Positions 24,131-37,190 of a DNA stretch of 64,000 nt are shown piece by piece. The translations under genes and the position numbers were made by a program. Each line of letters starts with the position of its first letter. The stretch's first letter is position 1. This DNA comes from Lytechinus pictus (Eukaryota). Where the stretch lies: contig NC_087251.1 in the NCBI RefSeq assembly GCF_037042905.1, positions 33,172,001 to 33,236,000 of the forward strand, in the 5' to 3' direction. Below the pieces are notes generated by a model that saw only the letters and a list, made by a program, of their open reading frames with translations, was not told where the DNA came from and searched no databases.

Positions 24131-27072
24131 TCTTAATAGTGAGATATTGGAAAATCTATATGAAAGGGTGGCACTTTTAAGCTTCCATACACCACCTATT
24201 CGACGATAATAATATACATGTCCTACATTTAGTAGTTTGGAACATGACTTTACCATAGTTACTTATGATAGAAGTTCTGAGCTTTTCTGTCTGAGAAATA
24301 GTGTGTTGGGGCCGAAGTCGGCCGCAACCATTCACTCATCAAGGACGACAAGAGGACAGATAAGAGCGAATGGACAGGCAGATGTGTTGTGTAGTGTTTA
24401 TTAATCATAAACAGAAGAAAAAACCGGGAAAACGGGAAACCCCCTGCATTGTACAGAAGACAAAAGAAAACATCATGAGTATAAAATGACATAAATTGTT
24501 ACAAGTTGAATCATCAGTTATCAGACTTCTGTACAAAGTAATTAGTTCAATTAAAGTAAATTGATATGGAATATCAATTGTAGTTATTTAACCAAACAAT
24601 GTAGAAATTATTATCATATAATATTATAAATTGTCGTAATACAGTATTCATTATCATATAATATTATAAATTTCATCTTCCGGAAAGGAAAAACACCTGA
24701 ATTTATGACATCAAAGTATTTCTGACTCGGATTGTCATATGTTAGAATTTAGCGTAAATCACTTGGTTAAATAACTCACCCTGGTATAATAAGGTCCCAG
24801 GAATATATGTCTCCTGGTCAGCTGCGCCCATGGTCAGCAGCCATGAACACTCAACAGCCTCTATATCAGCGGCTATAAAAAGGAATAGATCCGTTATCTA
24901 CTATGTATTTCAACATATAAATCGTTACTTCAAAAACCCAACAATTAATTTCGCAAGACCAAAGCGGGTCTGATATTTAAGACTAAGCATCAATCTAAAT
25001 ATTGTAAGCAAAGATCGCAAAGAGTACGCTTACGTACATAATTATACATTCCATCGTTTGGTGAATGAATTTAAACATGTCATATAAAAAATGCAAAGTG
25101 ATTAAATATCATCACTGTCAATCACATAAGCTGCATGAAATATTAAGCAGTTTATTTCGTGGTACATAGTAAATATTAAGGTGTGTTCAAAGATTCAAAA
25201 GTTATAAGCTGGATATACATAATGACACAATTCAAAATGTAAAACAGTGTGTTTTCTAACACTACTTTGTCCGGCTAGAAATGAACAATCCCATAGAAAT
25301 AAGAATATTTTCCGAGTAACGAGATCCTATAAATTCCAGCAAAGTAAAACATACATCAGATAAAATTCAATTAACATACCTGGTAAATAACAACTGCAAA
25401 CCTACAGTCAAAAGCTAATGTGCAGCTTCTAAAAGGGTCAACAAGCCACGACTTCGTTTTGAGTTGTGCGCGGGATAATGTCACTGCCTAGCTACCGGGC
25501 CTTGCCTAATATATCTCCGCATTTAGATATTAATGACGTCACACTCTAATGCATCAAAATATGATATGCTAGTGAATATTAATTTAAATCGACATTAATG
25601 TGTAATATATATATGCATATTTATATTCATGCATCTATGTCCAACAATTGTATCATAATACATGTTTTTAACAAATAATAAAGGGGAGGACTATTTTTCC
25701 TCGGCGGGATGACACTAGACCCACGTGACCCAAAAGTGATTAGGTTTCGCGGTCTGTGATAAAATTTTACCACACCCGAATTGGTCGTAGGGTGGTCAAA
25801 AATAGATAAATCAAACAAAAAAAATTAAGAAATTAGTTTGGTCACTACAAGTGGTAAAACACTTGGTCATTTCTTAAACTAAAAGTTAGCTAGAGAAAAG
25901 ATATTCACGTTTTGATGTGCGTAAGGTTTTCTTGGCTATTAACCGAGTGATAGATGTGTGGAACAGTCTCTCAGACAGGCGCGCCGGAACACTTTCAGTT
26001 TTAGGGGGGCAAAATCCCGAAGGGGGCACAGTATTTTTGACAGCGCGAGATACCGAAGCGATCGAGCGGGAGAGGGTGTGGGACCCCCACGGTAAGGACT
26101 TTGTGTAAAAATGGAGTATAAAAGTTGCGTTTCTAAGAGCATTCAAAAATAAATTTCTTGAGAATTAAACATAGAATTCACTACGAAAGACTATACTCAT
26201 AATTTATGAGAACCTATGAAATCTACGCGCAAAATGATCGATTCGGAATGTGGTTTTCATGTCTGATCAATTAAATTACGTATTACGCTTATATTGACTC
26301 AAAATACCAGAAAGTACATTTTTCATGCAATATCCTTTCAGAAACATTTATTTATGTACATTTACATACACGGACGACGCGAGAGAGCACAATCATCATA
26401 AGTTTCATTCAAGTAATTCCTGTCAGAACAAGGAGTGTAATAAGCAGAAGAAGCGTAACAACAGAAACAAAAGAAACTCTAATGTCTTTTCAAATTCAAA
26501 ATGTCATACCGTTCTGACGTGGCAGACGTCGTTAAGCACTTAAATCCCCATTATATGCAAATTATTTCTGACATCAGCATTGGAGATACTCCTTGATTAT
26601 CCATGCATGGGCAATACGTTTCATATTTTGTAACTGGAGGAAAAAGAAATATGACAAGCTTAATTTTCTTACAATTTAAACTTTTCTGAAAATCATTAGT
26701 TTAAAACATTACTCGATTTAAGTGTTTCCGTTTGCATGTTTTGTATGGCTGGGAAGCACTTTTGGATGACTCCTTCAAAATCTTCTTGTTTCTTTACATA
26801 TTTTCTGGGGGAAATGTGACCATAACTAGGAAATGATGAATATCAAATTCCAGGAAATATTCATTTGTAAATAATCATGAACTGATTAACAAACTTCCGC
26901 AGTTCATAATGTACATTATGTAATATTATTTAGAAGAAAACAATTACATTCCAATAGCGGATGTGGTTGACGGTACACCATGTGGAGTTTTCGAAAAAGT
27001 GGATAGAGGAAGAAGTGAAATTGATAGGGGAGGAAGTGGACAGTCGATAGTCGAGTAATTTTTGTTTAAATG

Positions 27073-27268
27073 AGTGTAGTCCTGGAAAAGACATTAAACC
27101 AGAAAAGGTTGAAGAGTTGAAGAGGCTTGAGTAGTTGATAGATGAGTACTCCTGCTCTGCACTCCATTCGCCGACTCAAGCTAGCATCTTCTCATTTATC
27201 CAATAATCCAACTACTCAAGCCTCTTTAACCTTTTCTGTTTTACAGTCATTTTCAGAACTACACACAC
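27073..27268. mobile_element. Small palindromic MITE-like element
   Basis: GTGTAGTCCTGGAAA...AGAAAAGGTT...AGAGGCTTGAGTAGTTG pairs with CAACTACTCAAGCCTCT...AACCTTTTCT...TTTCAGAACTACAC. Confidence 0.6.
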
Positions 27269-27402
27269 TTTCAAGAAATATTACTCTAGGACCTACTCTC
27301 AATCTTCCTATTTCTCGCCTCGAGATGTTATGGTTTCTGGGCTTGACAGCTATGACATAGATTCCATAATGTTGCTCGAGTAACTCGCGTTCACGCGCGT
27401 TA

Positions 27403-28287
27403 AGGCCACCGCACACCTTACGACTATTCGCGATCCGATTTTGGAACAAATCGCATTTTGCTAATTTTCTGAAAATGTGAATGGAACGTATCATTTTATT
27501 TGAGGTTGAAATTAATTGAAAGAATACTAATATAACCATTTTGAAAGATTGCAAGCCTTTAGGTGTCACGCGCGTAAAACATTCCCCATAGACTTGTGTG
27601 TTAAAATGGCACTAAAGAAAAATTCATAAAAAAATAAATGTGAAATTAGAGGGTCGAATGTCTACTACCTTTGGATAGGATATATATCTGACATTCCATA
27701 TCTGACCAGAGAAGGGTATCGTAGCCAGCTCATTTTAAAAATAAATCGCCATTTATGAAGATAACTATGATGGGATCAAATTCATCAACTGAAACAGTAA
27801 AATAGCCCCAATTCTTCCGCCAGTCAAAAAATAGTTCCAAATCATAGATATTTATCTTCCCAATTTGGGCAAAGGAAGTCAGTAGTTACCATTTCTAGAA
27901 TCAGTGTTAGAGTTTGAATCATATTCATACACTTTTGTCAATGAGCAATATCAAATTGAAAAAAATCGAATGGGTTGGGTCGAACGAATATCTTTAGCCC
28001 TCCTAATGTAATTAGGCTCGTGGCACCTATATTTTGGAGTAAAGGCCATATTAGTTTCAAATCGTAGCCAATCGTACGACTGCTATGACGTCATTACGAC
28101 TAGATATTAAATTTGCTTTTATTTTAAGAAGGATGATAGCATACTCACAGATTTGAACATAGGTATTCGTACGATGATTTAGAACATTACACAGTAAGAT
28201 ATTCCAAGTCTCAATATTAGCATCGAATTCTACTACATTTTATTCTGAAATCGGGTCGCAGACCAATGGTAAGGTGTGCGTTCGCCT
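27403..28287. mobile_element. PIF/Harbinger-type non-autonomous element
   Basis: TIRs AGGCCACCGCACACCTTAC / GTAAGGTGTGCGTTCGCCT; TTA on both sides. Confidence 0.75.
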
Positions 28288-29102
28288 TTAGTGATATCGG
28301 GTCCGGTCTGAGCGTTTCTGGGCGACCGCGCGTTTGTTAGCTGACACAGCCAGCATGCATTGGTGAACCACTTTCAATTTGCCATTCGGTTTTAGTCTGA
28401 AATGTATTCATTAAAATGTTAGCATAGGCGGATCCAGCTTTTGGCGAAAGGGGGGCGCACTGCCGAGCGGCGCACATATTTTTGCACTTCACCGGCGCCA
28501 TAAAAGAAAATGTTGAAAAAGGGGTAAAGTCTGACCCTGTCAAATGCTCTTTTTAAAATGTAGGATTTCCAGTCATGCCATTTTGCATGACCACACGCAG
28601 ATAATATTTCCGGGGGGGGGGGGCAAGACTCGAACAAATTTTTGAAAAAAAAACGATAGAGTAAACGGACCGAGCTGCTCAATGGGGCGATTATTTTTTT
28701 TACAAGTGTAATAAAAGTATTTGGTGCACATTTCAGTCACATTTGCACATTTTTCATAGTTTTCATGAAATGTTAAGGATTTTTTTTTTTCACAACAGCT
28801 GATCGCGAATTTGCCCCCCCCCCTTCCCCCTTGCTGCGTACGACCATTCCCTGAAGTCCACTTAAACATATCTCATTATAACAGAAAATATAGATAAATT
28901 TAAACATATAATCTTTCTAAAACATAAATAGAGAGAGATTGAAAAACTTATTAAAGAAAGAAACAAGCAAAAAGTAACTCAAATTATGCATATTATGTGC
29001 AATTTCAAAATCTCGTGTATTAACCCTTTTATTGCGATGAGGCCAATACTTTTGTATAATGATAGAGATACACGTTTTTTTTACTATATATATATATATA
29101 CA

Positions 29103-29886
29103 CAGGGGCGTCGATCCTAATTTTCAGATTTGGGGGGCAAAATCATGAATCAACTTTCCAAAGGCGCTCGATATCACACAAAACAAAGAAACTCAAACAA
29201 ACACACACATATGCAAATATATATATATATATATTTATATGACTCATGAGATAGAGACTCATATCTCGCCAACAAATTCGCGCGAGCTGAAATTTTTAAG
29301 TATACTGACCTGAAAACAGGAAAAAGGTGCCTGTTTAGGACTGTTTGTAGTAACTCATTAAGAGGATATACATATCTCACTACACAGATAATGCGAGTGC
29401 CAAGGGCGAGCTGAAATTTCTTTATATTCTGACCAGAAAGCTTCATATTCTATGCATTTTTGGTACCAATGATTAAGATGGGTATCTAAAAAAAACAATA
29501 GATGCGAGCGCGAAGCGCGAGCTTTAAATTTTGATATTTCGATCTGAAATAAAATGAGTTTTTTTGACGTTTAGAACTGAAAACGGAACATTCTATTCAC
29601 CTATTTAATCATGAAAAGTATGGGGTTTTGCTACAGACATGATGCGAGCGGGAGCTGAAAATCTTGATATTCCAATCTGAGAAGCGGACAATTTGAGCAC
29701 GATTTTAAATGAAGAATGAGTGGTGTAGCTCAATCTCGCTTGCTGATTTCTGTGTATAATTACCATCTTATTTTATTTGTGCACATGCGGAATTATTGGG
29801 GGGGGGGGGGCAAAACGATATGTTTGCCCCCCAAATATTTTCATTGGTGGGGCTATCGCCCCCCCCCCCCAGGATCGACGCCTCTG
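29103..29886 (-). mobile_element. hAT-like MITE, sister of 22033-22852
   Basis: TIRs CAGGGGCGTCGATCC / GGATCGACGCCTCTG; perfect 8-bp TSD TATATACA. Confidence 0.9.
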
Positions 29887-30694
29887 TATATACAATGATA
29901 CTCCATCATGAATCATTCGGAATACATCACCAATCCAGGTTTATATAATTATCATTCAATTTTCATGTACATGATTTATAGGCCTATATACAGAATTTGG
30001 TATATATTGTGATGCTTTTCACTAAATCTAATGCAATTTGTAATGATGAGTAATTTTTATCTAACTACTTTGATGAAACTGAATATGATGCTTATGACCT
30101 GAATTCAGAGAGAGATCCTTCAAGACAGAGCTTTGGAAATAGTTCTCCAGTTTTACAGGTATCGTTAGCTTTGTTTTTAACTTCTTCCTGAGTGATCAGA
30201 TGAATAATATTTAACTTAATGGAAGATGAAAATAAATCAAATTTTGTGGAGTAAACATTTAAACGTTAAAACAAAGGTACTGACAAACTGTATTCATACA
30301 CTGAAAATGATATTTAGTGGTTTAAGGTCTAACGAATATACGTCTGGTTGCGTAATTATACACTCCCGGTACTAGCAACGGGTTTTAGCAAAGTTTTGGA
30401 CTAAAATATCGAATCATCTTCATAAAACACTATAGTAGCTGTCTTACACTAAATGCCATAGAGGTGGCACAATGTGGAATGTGTAAAGAAGAAAAGTGAC
30501 TGATCTTTTTTTTATCAAAGCATTGGAAAATAAGATCAAAATTAAAGGATTTGCTCTACGCTTTTGTATGATTCTGGGATTTTTTTAATACGTTAAAGAT
30601 TTCATGACATCTGTGGGCAACTGCCCCGCCCCAGTCCACACTGTAAGGGCATGCGATAAGCTTTGTTATGACCATTCAACAATAAAATGTATAA

Positions 30695-31186
30695 CCAGGT
30701 GCCGCTGATCATTCTTGACTGGCGCGCCGATCTAGATTTGGTTGGCAACAGGCCCTTCTTCATTATTCTACCTGCGCCTATTTATTGGAACCAGGGGACG
30801 CAGATTATTCTTGACCGGCGCCGATTTAGAACAAGTAGTGCTGATTAGTTTTACCGACGTCACGTAAGATTCAGGCAGCGGCAATTCACAATCGACTGGC
30901 GCCGATTAAGAACCAGGAGGCGCCGATTTTTAACCAGGTGGTGCTGATTATTCTTGTCCGGCGCCGATTTAGATTTAGGTGGAGCTGATTATTCTTGATC
31001 GGCGCCGGTTAAGACTCAGGCAGCGCCGATTTATAACCAGATGGCGCTGATTATTCTTGACCAGCCCCGATTTAGATATAGGTGGCGCTGATTATCCTTG
31101 ATCGGCGCCGGTTACGAACTCAGGCAGCGCCGATTTTTCTTTACCGGTGCCGATTTGACCAGATGGCGCCGATTATTCTTGCCCGG
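30695..31186. repeat. GGCGCCGATT / GCTGATTATTCTTG minisatellite, left part (resumes at 36183-36450)
   Basis: Interleaved ~20-bp subunits; 30959-31140 is nearly repeated at 36183-36365. Confidence 0.85.
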
Positions 31187-31738
31187 TGTAGCGGCGGATT
31201 CGGTTCCACCGGCGGATACCGTATCCGCCGGCAGATATCGTTCTAAATGGCCGATATCGTTTTTAATCGGAACCATATCCGCCGGGTTTGCGCGGCTTGA
31301 AGTTTGCAGATTTGGTTCCTCGGCGGATTTGGTTCTATTGACTATATACGTGTAATTCAGACAACCTCGGCAGCGCGCGCATGCGCGGCTCTGGCAATGT
31401 CGATCGCAATTGGGGGGGGGGGGGGATTTTCGTCCGCCTTTAGTGAATTTTTATTCAGGGGCGGATCCATACAGCGTTCGACATAGGGCTCGATGGAGGT
31501 GAGGATTGATAGGAGAAATAATGTCTCGATATTTCATGTATTACATAGACCTGGCACATACGCCAAAACTTTGCTATTTATTATTATCAGATTTTGATGA
31601 AATTTTCATCATTTTGTTTTTTTTAATTTGTATACTATTTTCAGTCCGCAGTATGCATCGATCTCTTTAACTGTGCTTTTTCACACCAATGTTAGTGTTA
31701 GTTTGCCAGACTGTTTGGCGAAAATGTGCACCCCCATA

Positions 31739-34700
31739 CAGTGCGTATAAAAAAAAACGGGACAGTTTTGAAAAGTCTATAAAAAAATTGTCTCAAATGA
31801 TGATATCTATATTTTGATGTTAATAGATGCTCTGAAATCTTATCTTTGAAATGCCATTAAAAAAAAATTGTTCATGCTTGAGCGAACACGGGACATTTTG
31901 TCGGGGGTTCAAAGAGAGGCTTGCGCGAAAATGGCAGAAATTAGAAATTTGATGATCAGACTTTTTGCTAATCAGCAGGCTTCCTTTTTACCTTTTCATT
32001 ATTTTCGCCATGATTTTCGAATTATGCTGTCAAATTTTATTTACAAATGAATTTATATACTTGAATTATTTTGTTTTTTCATTAAAACTTCTTTAACCTT
32101 TGAATTTTCCTTCATAAGTAAGAAAAGAAGACTTTTGTCAACCCAATGAAGAAGATTTGCGTTATTAATCATGTTAATTGGGAGAACTTGTAGTTATTCA
32201 AATCGTATTTTATTAGGTGAAAAAATTACGTTATGGTACCTTTATAATAGAAAAACATGAATCCTATTTTCAAGGGGTCATTGATTCCTTGACCAAGTTT
32301 AATTAAGTGCTTGACAGGGCAAACAGGAAAGGATTCATGTCTTTCAATGGCAATGTATTGAGTAAATTAACAATTTACAAACTCTGTTTATTCCAGATTG
32401 TGAATTTAAATTTTATGCAATCAAAAAGGAGTATGTTTTGAAAGAACTATTACATATTGATTGTTCGAAAGCGGTCGGAGTAGATGGCATTCACCCTAAG
32501 TTTCTTAAGCTGGCAGCAGAGAGTATAGCTGGCCCTTTAACCCATTTATTTAATGCAACTTTACAAACTAGTGTTATTCCAGAAGATTTTAAAACAGCAA
32601 GAATTACTCCTGTTACATAAGGGAGGATCATTTGATATTGACAATTATAGACCAATTTCTGTGCTTCCAGTCCTGTCCAAAATACTAGAGAGAGCAATAC
32701 ATGATCAATTGTATAAGTACTTAAATGTAAATGATCTACTTGCTAATTGTCAGTCTGGCTTCAGACCGTCTTATTCTACTGCCACTTGTCTAACTGAGAT
32801 TACAGACTTTTTGTATGATAAAATGGACCGAAAACATGTTACTGGTGGTATTTTCTTGGACTTACGCAAAGCTTTTGATGTTATTCCTCACAATTTTATA
32901 CTTGCAAAACTTAAGTACTATGGTATTACTGGCAATGAATACAACTGGATGGAATCGTATTTAACAGACAGAAGGCAATTTGTAATGATTAACAATTGTC
33001 GCAGTGAATTTTTGAAGATAAAATCAGGTGTCCCACAAGGATCTATACTGGGTCCATTGATATTTTGTATTTTTATTAATGACATGTGTAATTTGAAATT
33101 GCATGTACATTCTAAAATGTCTCTTTATGCTGATGATACCGCCATTTTTAATCACGGTGAATCAATTAAGGAGGTACAAAAGTATTTGCAAGATGATTTT
33201 GATTCAATAAGTAAATGGCTAGACTTAAATAATATGCATTTACACCCGCAAAAAACAAAAGCCATGGTATTTGGTCAAAAGAAAAAGTTGAGGGGTGCTC
33301 ATTTGTCAGTGAAATTCAGGAACATACAATTAGAAAATGTAAAAAAGATTAAATACTTAGGTGTCATGCTCGATCCGGGCTTGACTTGGTGCGAACATAT
33401 TACTAATATCGTTTGTAAAATATCTCGGGCAATATGTTGTGTAAGGCGGATTAAGCACTTACTGTCCTTTGATATTATGAAGAAGCTGTACTTTTCTATG
33501 GTTTTACCTTACATTGATTACTGTATTACATCTTGGGGAAGCAGTGCAAAAATACATTTAGATAAGATACAAAAACTTCAAAATAAATATGCCAGAATGC
33601 TTTTGAAAAAAAATTATAATACATCACAAATTTCTTTGTTGCAGTCACTGAAGTGGCAATCAGTAGATCAGCGTATAAAATATCAGTATTGTGTTCTTGT
33701 ATATAAAATAATGAATGATTTAGTTCCAAATTATTTAAAACCTTTAGTATGTAAACGGCCCGTGAAATACAGGACACGGTATTCTTTACGATGCCCCCTT
33801 CAGCTTCCCAAAGCTAGAATTGAACATAAAAGAAAATCTTTCGCATATGTCGGACCCAAATTATTTAATGCACTTCCTTCAAATTTACAAGTTTGTACCT
33901 CCTTGTTAGTTTTTAAAAAATTATGCAAAGCCTTTCATACGAATTGATAAAAAGCGAAATGATATTCCTTTGATTTACAATGCTATGTATGTTAAAAATT
34001 GTCACTTCCCACTCTATATTTTGGTGTTAATTGTTTCTGATGTTAGATATTTTGTATTTTGTATTTTTGATGTTGTTTGTTGTTGTTGTTCATAGTTATC
34101 TTGACATGTATTTTAAACTGCAGGGCGCCTTTGTAAAGCAGTTTTAAGAACTGAACAGGCCTACCCTGCAGTATAAAATAAATAAAACAAAACAAATAAA
34201 TAAATAAATAAAATAAATTTTGAAGGAGCTAGATATGGCAGATCGGATAAAATGTATATATTTAAATAGTTGTGAGCGAGCAAGCAAAAATTTCCACTTT
34301 TTTTAATATCCAATTCTGTGATAGATTTTGACAAAATATTTAGAAAATAAATCATATTTCACTTTCTATCTTTCCTTGTATTCACTTTCCACTTTTTTAT
34401 TGGGGGGGGGGGGTAACACCCCGAGCCCCCACCCATCTGTATGCCACTGTTTAAAAGCACCATAACCTTTGTAGCACACAATGGAAGGATTAAAAAAATA
34501 CACGCTTTCCCATACTTCGGTTTAAAAATTTTGTTTTTGCTTATAGAATGAATATTGAAAGCTAAAAGAGAACATGTTAAAAAGAAACAACAGAACAATT
34601 CAGGCAAATAAACAGATTCGAAAATGAATTTTAACAGCATAATTCGAAAATTATGTCAAAGATAATTAAAAGGTTAAAAGTCTGCTAAATAGCAAGAAGT

Positions 34701-34928
34701 CTGATCATCATATTTATCATGTTATGCCATTTTGGCGCAAGATTCCTTTTTAACCCCAAACAAAAACATTCCGTGTTCGCTCAAGCATGAACAAAACTAT
34801 TTTTTTAATAACATTTGAAAGATAAGACCTCAGAGCACCTATTAACACCAATATATAGATGTCATAATTTGAAACAAAAATTTTATAGACTTTTCAAATG
34901 TGTCCCATTTTTTTTTCGATACGCGCTG
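31739..34928. mobile_element. Tc1/mariner-type long-TIR MITE with a LINE inside
   Basis: TA|CAGTGCGTAT ... ATACGCGCTG|TA; arms ~31739-32128 and ~34530-34928 are reverse complements. Confidence 0.85.
32398..34218 (+). mobile_element. 5'-truncated CR1/L2-group (Crack/Daphne-like) LINE: RT to C-terminus, one frameshift, 3' UTR and (TAAA)n tail
   Basis: KAVGVDGI...FKTARITPV, frameshift near 32613, then HKGG...NYRPISVLPVLSKILE, QSGFR, FLDLRKAFD, GVPQGSILGP, YADDT, KYLGV; stop at 33947; 3' stem GCAGGGCGCCT...AGGCCTACCCTGC followed by AAAT repeats. Confidence 0.92.
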
Positions 34929-35834
34929 TATAGGCATATTGGTTTTTGAAACTACAAATGTTTAGAAAAATTTCAACAAATTAAAACTTCATATTTCCAA
35001 ATAAATGATGCAAATAAGTGTATGAAAATAAAAAAATTATGTTTTGCTGTTAACTCATATTATTGCTTGTAGAATGCTAATTTTGGGTGAAAACATAAAT
35101 TTGACATTTTTAACAAAAAAAAAAAAAAGAATGTCAAAACATGATTTATTTCTTATGTAGTTTATTGTAGGCCAATTTTTAATTTATCATGTATTTTTTT
35201 TTTCCTTCAATATTTTTGTTAAGGAATCTGAACTTGGGGACCGGAAGTTCACCCTGACAAAAGTTAGATACGCCACGTATCGTATGCTCCTTAATTTACC
35301 TCTCAGTCATCTAATTTTAAGATCAATAAGGGATCTTTAGTGAAATATAATTTCTCCTTTATATCTTTTGTTTCTCTTACTATACCCCCTTCTGGTTTTT
35401 CATCTCTTTATTTTTTGCCTTTCTTTCTGTCCCTGCTCATTTCGCCCCTTTTGCCTCTTCTCCAGTTTCCTAACATTTCTGGCACATTATGAATATATCT
35501 GGGGCGTATACGCGTGGGTGATATAGCACCAAAAAGGGAGAAATAGAAAGAGGAGGGAAGGGGGAAAAAAATATACGAGAAAATGTGGAGGAAATAATAA
35601 TAATACATAGGAATTTCGCAAATCAAGAATTTCATTTGCAGTAATCATTATCTATATAAATACTTCCCTTTAGAAAACTTATTACAAAATCCTGCCATTG
35701 TTTGCCTTAATTAATACTCTGTATCAATCATAATTGATGCATATTGTATCCAATTTATCCCTAAAATTGTGATAAGAAGGATTTAATAGGTATAAAATAA
35801 ATTACATATGCATGTTTTTTATTACAAGACGTAT

Positions 35835-36027
35835 TTTTTTAAACAGTGCACACCTATATAGTTACCACTAATGCATATAGCATTTCCATTTATTTGAAAG
35901 CAAGATAAAAGAGCGTTGCAGATTAAATGCCTCCAGGCTCACGGGCATAGGTGCCGCGGCCGGGGATCGAACCCCGGACTTTCTATGTATAGCCAGGCCG
36001 CCTAGACCACTCGGCCACGGCACCTCC
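35835..36027 (-). mobile_element. tRNA-derived SINE
   Basis: Minus strand: A box TGGCCGAGTGG, B box GGTTCGATCCC, A-tail at 35835; TSD ACGTAT at 35829-35834 and 36028-36033. Confidence 0.8.
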
Positions 36028-36973
36028 ACGTATGTGAGTGAAGGATATCGCGATAGCGCAAGAACGATATCTTCCGAAGAGAGTGGCCTTTTTTGGTACT
36101 GAATCCGCCGGAGTAGAACACGATCCGCCGGCGGATTTGGTGCCTAGAACAGTATCTGCCAGGCGCAGGATCCGCCGGTACACCGGCGCCTATTTAGATT
36201 TAGGTGGAGCTGATTATTCTTGATCGGCGCCGGTTAAGACTCTGGCAGCGCCGATTTATAACCAGATGGCGCTGATTATTCTTGTCCGGCCCCGATTTAG
36301 ATTTAGGTGGCGCTGATTATCCTAAATCGGTGCCGGTTAAGAACTCAGGCAGCGTCGATTTTTCTTGACTGGCGCCGATTTATAACCAAATGGCGCTGGT
36401 TATTCTTGATTGGCGCCAGTTATATGCAGGTGGCAGCGCACTGCTGATTATTTTTAAGAGGCGAAGTTGTTGGGAAAAGGGTAGTTAAAAGAAAAGATAA
36501 GGAAGATGATGTGATTGTGCTTTGCTGGGGGATAGTCTTTCCTTTACTGTTGCTAATATTATATCAGTGTATGATTTTTTTTTAAGCGGCGCCTTTCTTT
36601 TCTTTCCTTTTTCAGTTTTTCAAGCAGCGCCTTTTCTTTCTTTTACTTTTCTTTTATTTTTTTTTGAGATGAGCGGCGCCTTCGGCGCCGCTCAAATATT
36701 AGGGGGGCGCGCGCCCCCTGCGCCACCCCCCTGGATCCGCCACTGGTTAGACGTTATCACACTGTAATAAGATGGAAAAGGGGCTTATCAAAGGTATGTT
36801 TCACAGGAGACATGTTGTTCGTCAAAAGACGCGCGACGCCAAGACAATAATAATGAATTAAAGGCAACAATCAAGCGGAGTACAAGGTTACGTGTGGTTT
36901 ATTGAGATTGTCGCGGCCAAGAGGCCGATCACATTTAAGTATCGATATCACATAATTTACAACACGATTACTA

Positions 36974-37190
36974 TCGCGATAGCTCAGTCGGGAGAGCGGG
37001 GGACTCGTATTCCGGTGACCCGGGTTCGATTCCCACTTGGTGCGCTAGTGCCCTTTGGTAAGGCATTAATCCTCAGTACCAGGTCCTTCGGAGGGGACCT
37101 TAAGCCGTCGGTCCTCTGGTTGCTTGCTTACAAGCATTCATGCTTTCTTAGCAATCAGGTAAAAAAATTAAAAAAAATAAAAATGATAAA
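36974..37190 (+). mobile_element. tRNA-derived SINE inserted into the 3' LTR
   Basis: A box TAGCTCAGTCGG, B box GGTTCGATTCC, central GTGCCCTTTGGTAAGGCATT...GGGGACCTTAAGCCGTCGGTCC, A-rich tail; the LTR sequence resumes after it. Confidence 0.85.

Larger units (their letters stand above)
31187..36182. mobile_element. Ginger-like non-autonomous DNA transposon, with nested insertions, inside the minisatellite
   Basis: Termini TGTAGCGGCGGAT / ATCCGCCGGTACA (TGT...ACA); 4-bp TSD CCGG at 31183-31186 and 36183-36186; subterminal CCGGCGGAT repeats. Confidence 0.75.

Noticed and set aside
32380..32400. Splice acceptor TTTATTCCAG directly before the CR1/L2 RT frame (domesticated spliced RT?)
   Set aside because: I found no phase-compatible upstream exon, the RT has a frameshift and keeps a LINE tail, so 5' truncation is a sufficient explanation.
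36746..36836. Using reading-frame continuity into ORF1 to infer the LTR element's TSD length
   Set aside because: All three frames are open over the last ~60 bp of the left flank, so the test does not discriminate.
35835..37190. Functional tRNA genes
   Set aside because: The A/B boxes are followed by unrelated bodies and A-tails, one has a TSD, and the cloverleaf stems are broken; these are SINE heads.
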